NCBI GenBank assembly: GCA_040954595.2
Contig: CM082583.2
Span: forward strand, 9,348,254 to 9,412,253
DNA: 64,000 nucleotides
Origin: Balanoglossus misakiensis
Lineage: Eukaryota; Animalia; Hemichordata
Reading direction: 5' to 3'
The translations under genes and the position numbers were made by a program. The notes under the pieces were generated by a model, which worked only from the letters and a program-made list of their open reading frames with translations, ran no database searches and was not told the DNA's origin. The first letter of the stretch is position 1, and each line of letters starts with the position of its first letter. Positions 52,101-64,000 of this stretch are shown one piece after another.

Positions 52101-55100
52101 CAAATGCACTTTAGTAAAGGAATAGTCTATTGCCATTTTCAAGGATAATTAATATATGTTAACCCATGTGAGTCAAGCCACATGCTGAAAAAAAATTGTT
52201 TCCAAGATTATCCACAGAAATGTTGAAGTAATAACATTAAATTGTCTCTCCAAAGTATTATCATTAGATAGAAAAAATTTCTATGAAAGCATAGTCCTGT
52301 GTACAGATGGCCCCTAGCTGTTTAGCTACAGAAGCGTGTCCGTAGGATGGATCACTGATCTTGTTACAGATCGCTGCATTTGGGGGCACGGGTCATTTTG
52401 CTGAGAAGTTTTTTACGGGCTGCAGTCATGCATTAGCCACATTCCCACCTCTGTGGAATTTTTTAATTCCGACGTTATTGCCCGGTGCATGTCCGCGTTT
52501 TTGCATATTTGGCATAAGTTGTTTGGCCACCCCTCTCTTTCCACTTGTTGCTTAATTTTCTTTGCAGATGGTACGAATAAAGGACTGTCAAATTCAAACA
52601 CATATGACCATCTTGCCATCTCTGCCAATAATTACCAAATTTGCATATACTGTCCCCTGATTTCACTCAGTGATACTTGTAATTTTCAAGGTACTAGACC
52701 ATCTGCTGTTGGGTATATATATCGGCTAATGAGCTCAACTGGTTCTGTTCTAACAATTTATTTTTCCTGTGGCAAAATTTGGCATTCTTAGATCTGCTGT
52801 TATGTTTTTGTTATTGCAGCTGATGACAGTTTCAATCTTAACTGTATGTATAGTATAAAATGATTTCCATATGGGTTCTTATGTTATGTGGTAGTATGGG
52901 GAAGTGTGATACAGTGAATGTTATTCCTACTCAAAAGGTATGTGTGGAATTTCACTCACTAGTGCTGAAATGAGGTCCAAAATTTGTTGATTTTTGTAAA
53001 AATCTTAAATCAGTTTCCCCCCTGTTCTCACACTTTATTGAAATTTCACTGTCTTGACCTCGCCAGAAGGGAGAGATTGAGAACACATTTGATATTGAAA
53101 CTGCTTGCTGATAAAAAAAAAATTCTGAACACCACTCTTGATAGTTTCAAGACTGCAAGTTCACTTTCATTCACTCAAGTGACTTTCCGTTCAACCAAGA
53201 ATGTAATATGTAAAATATACCAAAAACCTGTAAACTTTAAAGGGTCAACGGTCACATCAGCATTGGGGTTTCAAATTCACTAGAATTTCTTCCAGTTGAT
53301 ATGTGAAATGCAAGTGATTGATCGAGTGATGGTCCTGTTTCGTTTCAGGCTCTAAATCAAGTCCACCTTAGGGTCAGCATCCTTCGCCCTTAAATCACTG
53401 GTGTTGTTTGTGGACGCTGTGGCTCCCTTGACTGAAGTTGCAATAACGCTGGGGCACTAGCCGTTAAAAGTTGGCACAAAAATGTCAAGAATGGATTTAT
53501 TGCCCCTCAGAGCAGTTTTGAAGGAACTGCAAGAAATATATAGCGCCTACTTGAAGTATATACTGGCTAAATCTCCATGACAACGCTATCGAATTACTGT
53601 GGCCAGAAAATCCACTGTCTGCTCGACACTTCAAGCTTGCCTGAGTTCCCTACTGAGCACTAGAGAGCATTTAGCTTGGATTAGCTGAATCAATGGCTGG
53701 GTGAAATCTCAGTTTCCAAGGCAACACGGTGGTTCAGGTTCTGTTTCGCCAGAATACTCGATCTTCATGATAAATTATTTAAACTGGGTGACACATCAGG
53801 ACTACAGTGGATTTTTATTTGACAATTATCTTTCTCCAGGACATGTTAGCACCTGGTTGTTGCGCTTTAAAATATGCAGGTAGTGCATAAGTGAAGAAGG
53901 TCAAAGTTCAATGCGGTATGATAGCCAGATATGATTATTGTTGCAGCCTCATCGTATATCCACAATCATGTTACTTTTCAGAACAGAGCTGTTTTCAGGT
54001 TTTCAAGAGTATATTCCCCAAGCGGTTGTTGCAAGCAGTAATTCTTTGGTTTTCCGTTGCTCTATCACAGCGCACTCCTGTTTTGGTTATTTTCATTCAA
54101 ATAAACAAAGTGTGTAACCTCTGAACTCTTACTTTGATATACTGCTGATTAGGTCAATCAAGGTCATCTGAGGTCGACTCGCCCATGGTTATCTGTACGT
54201 GTTTATTCTATCATTGCCAATACTTTGGCAGTGGCATGGGCCATCACCTCTAGCAACAAAATCTGGGCATTCCAAGACTCAATTTTGACGATCTCTTTGA
54301 GTTGTTAACTGTACATGCAAATTCTGGCGCTTTAGTGGGTTTCATATCCACAACAAAGTTTACAATGTCCATCCAGTGGGTGTTTGGGACACTCAGTCTG
54401 TTAAACCACACCCAGCAAAGTAAGACCCACCCACATATACTGCCCACACTAACATACCACGGATAGCTCGCTGGCCCACTTCATGCAAGCACATTACAGT
54501 GTAAAAATTCTTACTTAATCTACCGCCCCCTCACAGACTGTCAAATACACACACACACGCACGCATACATGTCATATGCCTTGATTATAGTACATATATA
54601 TAGACACACACAAAAGGATATATTCATATACCCCATCCCAGGGAAACTTTACAATAGGCAGTGTAGACATGTACATATATATCAAAGCAATGATTATGCC
54701 GTTCCATTTTGAGAAGTGATTTTAGCAAGGTGAAATTATAGCGATTTAGGGGTTCCAGTTAAGAAGTAGGTCACGTTTTCATATGTGAATACAAGTGGGT
54801 CAAACAGCAACGAAGCACGAGCCCCAGGTTCAATCTCTGAACTAGGAGTTGAAATAGATCTTGTGTCCTCATTGGTTGTCAAGGTCATAATTGTGGGCTG
54901 GACGATGCAAGCTGATTGGCTGGAGGTGAAGGATACTAAGCAAGGCAATAAAAACAGCATTACTGATGAATTTGCCACTAGTTCAGCACTTCCCATGAAC
55001 CTATGGTATCTGTCAAACTACAAAGCAATGTAGAATATTAACCCAATTTATGAATTCTATACCAAATGCCAAATGTGAAACTTATACAAGTCAGAAAAAA

Positions 55101-57164
55101 GGGGGAAAACTGACAAATCCATTAACTAGGAAAACATGAAAACATATCTATCCAATAATCTGTGTTGATAAAACACTAACCTTTTAGTACAGACTCTGCA
55201 GTTTTGACATTTTGCAATATTTGACAACATAGTGCCTATCAAGATTTAGAGCCCTTGTCAGTTCTGATAAGTAACAGGTGGAAAGATCAAACTACTCATA
55301 AATGATGCAAACAGGTTTTTTTCTCCCGTAGAGATCTTTTGCCTTCAGGTGCAAAAGAGTAATGCTTGAGGTTTTAGTATAGTGATGGCAACGTGTGTCA
55401 GCATGGTTTTGTAGCAGTGCTTTTCATGGCTGTCTGTAGGTGTTGGTTTTGTTGCTAGCTAGGTGTTAATTCCGTTGCTATGTGTCTCTTCTGTTGCCAT
55501 GGTTTTATGTCTGCATGTTGGTAACAGAAGAGTGAATCCATGTGATCTGGACACCTGTAATGACAGTTATTAAATCTAGCACATTTCTTTTGTGGCCTTT
55601 TGTACACATTTTATTGTCATTTTTGTTTAGGAAGTATGGATTCACAAAATGGACCACTTTCAACTCATCATCGTCACAATGTTTAAAATGTTAATAATGG
55701 GTCATAATAATAAAATCACAGTACGTGCACAGGAATTTTTCTACTTTAAGCTCAAAATTTAAACACAAACAGCTAGTCCACAATTTGCATTTGGTTTGCA
55801 TGACTTTCTAATAATGTATAGCATGTGAGATTTGAATGGCTTTATTCTGAAAATGCCATACCCATGATGGATTTATGCCCTAATGGTGCTGCAGACACGC
55901 TCTAGATATGGTTCACATTGGGGTGACAGACATAATTGACGATGCCCGTATATAAAGATTAATTGCCCTTACGCTGTTGAAAACCTAACTACATCAAGCA
56001 ACATATGTTCCAAACATTACTGCATTATACTTGAGTGAAATTTACATAATCGGTTTCCATGGCAACCCCATTGCCCAGCCCATTATTGACACAAGTAGAG
56101 GCAAAGCCAGACAAATGAAGTTGATATTATGGTTGCTGTCTGATGCTTCAAAAATCTGACGAACTGAACATGAGCTGACGATTTCACTGAGCTTTGTTGC
56201 ATTGCCACGGGAACCAACAGTTACAAAACTTGCAACTTTCATATGTATGCAAATGAAGTAAGATATAAATCTCATGCAATCAGTACTATCGATTTTTGCA
56301 TCTGACAAGACCCTACTTACTTGCACTCAAGAACCTCGCAACTGTCCTTCCTTCATCAGGTGATTTCAGTGACGTATGCGGTTTGGCGTCAAATTGTGAA
56401 ACGGTGAGAGTTTTGCAGATCATGTAAATTGAGATGAAAAGACTGATGAAGAAAATGCATTTATTTTCTATAAAAAGATAGCATTTGTCATGAGGAACGT
56501 ATGATCGATCTTGTTCCATCAACCATTTTCATGATTAATTACCCCCATGCACCAACCTTCCCCCTGTACACATCGTCACATCTGCTGGTAAATATCGAAA
56601 CACCAAGGCAATGTGTCACTGGTGGTGTAAATGCAGAAATTTATGGAAAATATTTTGCACCAGTGCTGTGTGTATGAAATGTGTAATAATAGAATGACGG
56701 CAACAATTGGCCCGAGCATTTTGTGTAGCCCTACAGTTCTTGAAAGTTCTGCTGCAAGGATGTGGTGTTGTCTGGCAAAAGGGTTTATGACATTTCATAT
56801 TATTATCTTCATGCATCAAATTAAAATTTTGTATAAAACGACAAGAAATAAATTTCAATTGTTTCACTACCAAACAGGAAAGATGGGTAAAAATAGTACC
56901 TAAAATTAAATTGGTCAATTATATTTCTCAAAGCTGTCACAGTCCTGTTTTTAATACCTGCAGATGGGTGTGTCTATAATTAATAATAATCACAAACGCC
57001 AGGCATCAGAGAATTTAATTGCAATGAACTGTCAAAGCAAATTACAATTAAAACCCAATCTGTCACTGGTTTGCCATTTTTAGATTGAGATGTAATGCAA
57101 TAAAGCCTGGTTGTGATAGAAAATGGAGGATATGTTGTTGATTGTTTCTTTTGATTGATGGGTG

Positions 57165-57215
57165 CAAACCTGCAGTGGATGCTGGGTAGTACAAACCTGC
57201 AGTGCATGCTGGGTA
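57165..57215. repeat. 27-bp-period tandem duplication
   Basis: caaacctgcagtg(g/c)atgctgggta occurs at 57165 and 57192. Confidence 0.8.
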
Positions 57216-60200
57216 TGTCGGAAATCTTGTCAAGTGCACTGTGCTATATTGCCTGTCAGTCTTAAATAGGCTGCCTGTCGTTCTAAGCCTGTACATGACA
57301 AAATGTCAAAATACAAAGGTGAGCCCAACATGTTATTTGACTTTTGATATCAAAATAAAATAGTAAATCTTCGGAACAAAGTCTGTAGAGTCATTTTATT
57401 ATTTAACTTATAAATAACAGAAAAAATATAAATAAATAGGTACAGAGTATGTTAAATAAAACTGGTCAAAATTGCACATGCGCAGGACAGGCTAAATTGC
57501 AGATTGAAAACATTCAATGCCAGAGCTATACAGAAATATCCCACATGAATCAGACATGAAAATTGGTACATTTAATCTACATGATGAAAAACGGGTATAT
57601 GAGAAAATTTATGAAATATTCCCAACGCGTGAATTCATGATTCCAATTTAGCAAAATTTAATAAGATCCTGGTACATTCCACGGCCTTTTGAGAATTGAA
57701 ATTTTGTATACATATTCACAATGGTACTGGTGAAGTCACACAAACCTTGTTTATAATTCAGAAGATAGCAGTGAAAAGAAAAAGAAATTTATCACAAGTG
57801 AGAGTACCGTACAAACCATTTCAGGGGAGTCTAGGGCTTTCTATGAATTTTTTGTATTTCATGAATTTTTTTTTAATAGTCTCAGCTTATTTATCACTTG
57901 GGTTGATAACTCGAAGATTGTAAATTTCAGAAATGTTCTGGGTTTAAAAAGCAGGACCATGCACTGCTCTGACGGTTTTCAAATGAGTTCAAAGGTGCGA
58001 GTTAAACTCAAAATGCTGAAGTCGGGATTTGAGAATTTCAATTCCTCAGAGATAACAGTCATGACGGAAAATAGAATTATTCCTTTGATTTGTATTCCAA
58101 GCAACTCCTGAGGCACACATAAGCTAGTTATGCCAGTCAGTGAGCTGTTGTCATATGCTGTCATGTCATATCTGCTTATTTTTGGACAAATAAAAAAATC
58201 ACCACTTTTATTGTCTGTCGCTAAAAATAGCCGCAGTGAAAAGAGGCTTTGCGAAAGGTAGGTCCACCGAGGCAATATATTTGAAAATAAAACCATATTG
58301 AAGAAAAATGGGCGCAATATATTTGCTGAATAAATCATTCAGGTTTGATTAAGGTAATTCCCTGGCACATTAGATGGCATATCCCTTAATTAAACAAATT
58401 TAAGGCAGGGTTTGGAAGGGAAATTTCCCCAGACTCCATCTTGTTAATTATTTTGCTGGTGCTGGTTGCATTGCAGATGACCCTGAAATGTGGCGAGACG
58501 TGGACGAGCTCACGCAGGCAGTTTACAGTCCTGAACTGTGTACGAGCGAGCGAGGTAGTCGGATCGCTCAAAGTCTGCCGTCCTGATGCTAGACAGATGA
58601 GGAAGTTATGCCGGCCGTACAGCTGTCTCTCCCAGATTGACGAGCAACATTCCGGGAAATTTATGCAGAACTGCACACTGTGTTGTCAGTCAGGTGATGC
58701 TGGTTGCCTGGGCGATCCAAATGTACATAGTGGATCGAGCTACATGTACCTGCAAGAGTGTCCGTATATTTTCCCTGTACTTTATCTCCGTTTGACAACT
58801 CTGCAGCTCCGAGCTACGTTTTCTTCCTTTTAGTCGTTTCTAAGGACAATAAATTTTGTATGGTCACCGGGGGATACAGTGTCTGGTGATGCATCATGGA
58901 TACTATGGCAACAGCAGGCATTAAGACAGTTGTCTACTGTTGATTTGATAAAGTCGACTGGAATCGCTTCCTGTTTGATGTGGGTTTTATTTTGAAAGAA
59001 TGAAACAGAATCATGTTTGTTGTAAGCAGACCCCAGAAATCAGTGCAGTTGAAGAAGAGGATAACCAGTTAAATATTTAAAAAAAAATTTTCCTGTTGAC
59101 TTTTCTTACATGTCCCCCTTTCCAGAGTACAAGGCCCCCTAGCTTGTCATTAACTGACCCTGCGTTGAAAAGTTCACAACAAACACGGCGTGTGACTCAG
59201 TGCGTTGGCATGTTGTCTGAACGTCTGCACGCACTCTGCCGCCTGCTGGAACAATTAAATGGCCATCAGTTAAATTTTAAACGGACTTGTTTTGACAAAA
59301 TTTATTTTTACGCCCGGGCAAATATAATGTTACTTTGTGGATGCCAGTTTGATGTCTGAACAAAGCAAATATTTCTAGTAAAACACTGAAAGCTACCTGG
59401 CGCTGCGTTTCAGCAGGATAGCAATAACGTTAATATGCGCATAGAATTTGCTTGAAGTTGTTTTTCCCGCCAAAACTCGTCAATCAGATTTTGCTGTCTG
59501 CTCACTGAAAGCAAAACCTGCTGTTATATTTTGCTGAATACTGAAAATATATTTTTTTCCACATAAGGTTTTCATAATCAAAGGCAGTAACTTTAATAAA
59601 AGCATGAAAACGAAAGATGCATAGGAATGTTTTACGTCAAAATTATTGATTAATTGTCACCAACCATTAACCATCCCCAGTTCCTTTAGTTGATAACCCT
59701 CCTCTCCGAACTTCCTGGTGTACATGGTATGTGTATAAAGGTGTGTCAAATTCCTCTTGTTAAGATAAAGCATATAAACTGATAAGGGCACTAATCTGGG
59801 ATCTCTCAAAAAAGTTTCCTGCAGTTTTCTGTAAATTGCCTGTCAAACAGTCACATATTCCCAATTTCATCAGAACTGACAAAACAACAATATGACAGTA
59901 GGTAATTTTTTTTATAGAAATGATAAATGTGCATGATTTCTTTTGAAATGTTGAATCTGCCGTTCAAAAAATCAAATTTGAAAAAAAAGTAGCTAGTTGA
60001 CATGATTGAGTCCTTTGTTTGAACAACGCTTTTCAGTTTGGGAATTTTATTTCAATCGAACAAAGGAAATCAATATAGAGATGTCATATTTGATGTCATT
60101 ATATTTAATGTGTTGACAACACAGCAAATGTGTTGAGAGATGGCTGTCACGCGCAGAAAGCTGTCAGATTTTTCTCTGTGAGAACATTTTTGTGTGTGAA

Positions 60201-63200
60201 TAGTTTCTGGATGCATTCTGCATAGCTGTGATTCTTATGCCTATGAATTGCAGATAATTTGTCCAAATTTCTGTCATAGATGAATGTTTATTTAAACGCT
60301 GAAATGTGGTGAATCATCAAATCACCAAGCGGAGAAATTCTGCTCATATTTCTTGCATACACAAAAATTTTCCACCAAGACATGCAACTTTAACACCCCC
60401 CCCCCCCCCCCAGTTTTGTGTTACCCTATCTATATGGAAATTCTTATATTTAACTTCATGTAAAACTTCACATTTGTCAATCTAATAAAAATCAGATGTA
60501 TAGGTTTTTGCTCCATATTAACAATTCTCTCGGTAGCTATTTTGGAATAAATATGTTTCTTCTGTACTTTGGATGCTAATGCTTTAGCAAGACCTTTTTT
60601 TCAATTATCTATCTCCATGGTAACGTCTAAGAATTTAATAAATGGGTGAAGGAAAAATTACATAAAATGGCCATCAGCGGTACTTGTTGAATTATATTGC
60701 ACCTTGAGATAGTTCAATTGAATCACAACAAAATCCAATCTACAATACCAACTCTGCATGAAGGGGGGAAGAAACATTAATTTGAAGAAGAAAAATAGGT
60801 TGACAGGTCACCATGGAAACAGCATGGCTTTGCAAATGGCGTTTTAGGCATATACATGAGATTTGTGGAATACAATTTCACATACGGTAAAGCTCTCTCT
60901 TTTTTCACTGATCAGAAGTGATTCCATTTCAGAAGGGGTAATAAGATTATTATGGCTTGATCAAAGGCCATGTCACAGAAATTTCGTTGCCATTGAATTC
61001 CATTGATGGAGTCACCTTCAAGTGGTGTTTCTGTCTGAGATAGAACTTTTTCATCTTCCTCTCTGTAAATGACGGACAAGATTGACAGCACTGTGATCAA
61101 ACCGTGTAATGCCCATTTTCCCCAATATTTGTTAAGAACTTTGTTTGTTTGTTTACTTACTCCTTACAAAAATGTTGTAACACTCTTCATAGATTAACCT
61201 TACTTTTTAATACTTTTTATACTGACTCAACTCTCACACTCTCTCTCAATCACAAAAAATGTGACACTCTGCATATACTGCCGAGGGATTTCTCTTTAAG
61301 GATATTTTTAGAAAGTCCTGTAAACTTTCACATTCAAGTTTAACACCTGCAGCCATCATTAATTCATTTGGCAACAATTTGATTTACGGTTGAGAATAAG
61401 CATTGCATGCACACCCGTGCCAATGTTCAGATTGAGGAAAATCCCTTCAGTCAATCCTACTAAAATCAAGTCAAAGCAAAAAAAGAGTGATTTTGCATAT
61501 TGGTGTATACCTTTTGTGTCTGTTGAATTACTGAACCATAATTACAAATGAAATACTTCATATATACAGTCAATATGAAATATGAATGAATAAGTCATGA
61601 CAAATTGCGTGCCATGGTTCTCAGAAAGCAAATTTAGATTAGAGGTTTTATTATGTCCACTGAAATGGATGTTGTGACAAGCAGCTATGCATTTGATGTT
61701 TTGATTTTCCCATAATTCATTTTCAGTGATGAATTCGGGTACAGAAAGAGACACATAAATTGTGGAGAATTTGAGAGCATTGTAACAGTCGAAACCAGAG
61801 GAAATGCCATTGGCTATATACTGACACAACATCCAAGTTATTCTGTCAGACAAATTAAAACTGTCAATTTACTTTGAAAATTAAACAATTTTCGCACAAA
61901 AATGATTTGAAGATATTAAAGAAAGGTTTGACAAATCAATGCGAAACATTTTTCATGCGTCAATAGTTTTGATGGGAGAAATGACAGGGAGGGTCGAACT
62001 CCATCAGGTGCAGTGCTTGAGGGAACTGTGCAAAACAAACCTGTCCATTCAGAATTTTCACAAAAGATTACCCAAAATAATTTATTAAAGAGTGCTAAGC
62101 AAACGCGCCCATTTTATGGCAATGAATATGTAAAAAGCTTAAACAATGTCCAAGTCAGTGATGGAAGCTGAAGGCAGAGATGCCTGCGGGCTTTATCATT
62201 TGGAACGCGAAAAATCATTTTTAACGCAAACACTAGTCTTTGCGTTTTGTTGGCACATTCAGAGGCGTTTATGAAAACACATCCAGTGAGGCGCGAGAAG
62301 CAAAAATGATGCCGTGTGAATTGTGTGGTATTAGCAACAGATAAATGCCAGTAGCCAAAGTGTTCCTTTGATTCCTTTTTTAATAGCCTACAATAAAAGA
62401 ATTTTCTTTCCCACTTGTTGTAACACAAGCTGTCTGATACTGTATTATTCCTATATTATGCCCCCCTGATACATTTCAGTGTAATTTGAAGCTCTCCCAG
62501 ATATACATTTCTGGGTGGGGGTTTTCGCATTTCCAAAATTGAACAGCCAAATTACTACCCAATATAATTTTCCAATAACACCATTAATTATTGCTTTTGG
62601 TAATTTGATATTATGCCTATACTCGTATATTAATTTATTGACTTGAAGGCCACGCCATGATCCCTGAGGATGGAGACAGCAAGGGACATAAAAAATGAAA
62701 AATTAAAACATCGTTAAACAAATTTCAATTTTCAGAAAGCAGCTGTCATCCTTTTAATTAGTTTGATGTTCTGAACGATAATTATTCCTCTGGGAAAAGT
62801 GCAAACGTTGTCATTTCTTCACATCTCCACTCCTAGGATTTTTTGTTGTTGCAAATGCCAGAGTATATGTTTCAGACAAATATAACAAATTAGCCATTTC
62901 TTGAATTTGAATTTTATGACTCAGACTAGATCAAAACCAAAGGGTGATGTGTTTAATGACTGGGTTACACTATAGTTCTCACATCATATCTGATATCTTC
63001 ATCAGCTGTGGAAATCCCCATTTCATGTTTTTTATCATCATTCCAGATTTTCAAAGCTTCCAATCAAGTAGGGAGGGGTTGATTTGTTATTCTGAAGAAC
63101 TTTCCATTGTCCCGGACTGGCGCAAGTCAGCTGTGTGGTTTTATCTGGATTGTAATTTTTCACGATTACCATAATCCCATTGTCATGCGGCATAAGCGAT

Positions 63201-63377
63201 TTGAAATTGCCAAGTCTATTATTGGCTCATTCAGGCCGCTGAGGAACTGCTGTGTCATAAATAGTCGTCGCACTCAGGGGGCCCACGCCAGTTTTAAACT
63301 GCCAGTGGCTGTCGGCAGAGCAAGAGGCATATAGTCTTCCTTCAATACCCAATTCATCCATGGCTGCACTTGACATA

Positions 63378-63567
63378 CTGTAAAATGGGTTATTTTCGCG
63401 ATTTCAAAAGAGGCAACTGTTACGCAAGGATTAACTTTCGCCTTCTCGTATTTTACTAACTGCATCGTTATCTCCGAAAACATTTTACGCGACATTTTTT
63501 TCACTTTATTTTGGCTTTCGCGTATTTTGCGAAAATTTATTGCTCCCGAAAATAACCCGTTTTACAG
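63378..63567. mobile_element. TA-target Tc1/mariner-superfamily MITE (Tc2-like ends), 190 bp
   Basis: ta-CTGTAAAATGGGTTATTTTCG ... CGAAAATAACCCGTTTTACAG-ta gives a 21-bp TIR (20/21) with a TA duplication. It has no ORF. Confidence 0.85.
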
Positions 63568-64000
63568 TATTTATCTATGTTGCCTCAAGAAAACAAGTGA
63601 ATCAGCCAAAATCTGTTATATTGTGTTCACTTTGTTCACATCTCAAAAAGTTAATAACTTCCCTCAAATTTTATGTTCCACTTCAGTCTTTTAGAATATG
63701 TAATTTTAACTGAGTTCGGTCAATAGGAAAATTTTAATTTTTTTTTCAAGGACAGCCTATCGATATCATCTGCAATTGTTTGTGCCAATTAATCATTTTT
63801 AATGGAGTTGTGGCTATGTGATCAAATGATACACGGTTATCATTATACCAATTATTAAATTTAGTCTCAAACGCCAACGCTGAATATTGCCCTAGGGATT
63901 AAGTCAGAAATTGTCAAGGCCCGCATTTGCCTGCATCACACAAAAACTGCATGTGGGAAAATTTACAAAGTTGCATGTCACTGAAAAATATATGCTGCAG

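Noticed and set aside
59771-59791. aactgataagggca matching the 3' half of miR-184
   Set aside because: The seed and 5' half are absent and there is no precursor hairpin.

Overview
This is AT-rich, intron-rich animal genomic DNA, probably from a marine invertebrate (an inference from composition and TACATGTA enrichment). The only protein-coding gene I can support is COG1 (+ strand, 4707-15793), reconstructed by hand as 27 GT-AG coding exons giving about 964 aa. Head-to-head with it, about 235 bp away, is a probable spliced non-coding transcript on the - strand (~4480 to ~1115 or beyond). Its small exons show no convincing ORF and its introns hold candidate structured RNAs, which resembles a snoRNA-host gene. 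Downstream of COG1 lie ~48 kb with no recognisable coding exon, many RFX X-box-like motifs and several MITEs. That region also contains a ~9.86 kb non-autonomous CMC/CACTA-type transposon (CCC...GGG ends, 2-bp TG duplication) whose interior has expanded into ~54.5 near-identical 164-bp repeats related to its own subterminal motif. Nearly all ORFs in the supplied track are spurious or are fragments of COG1 exons.
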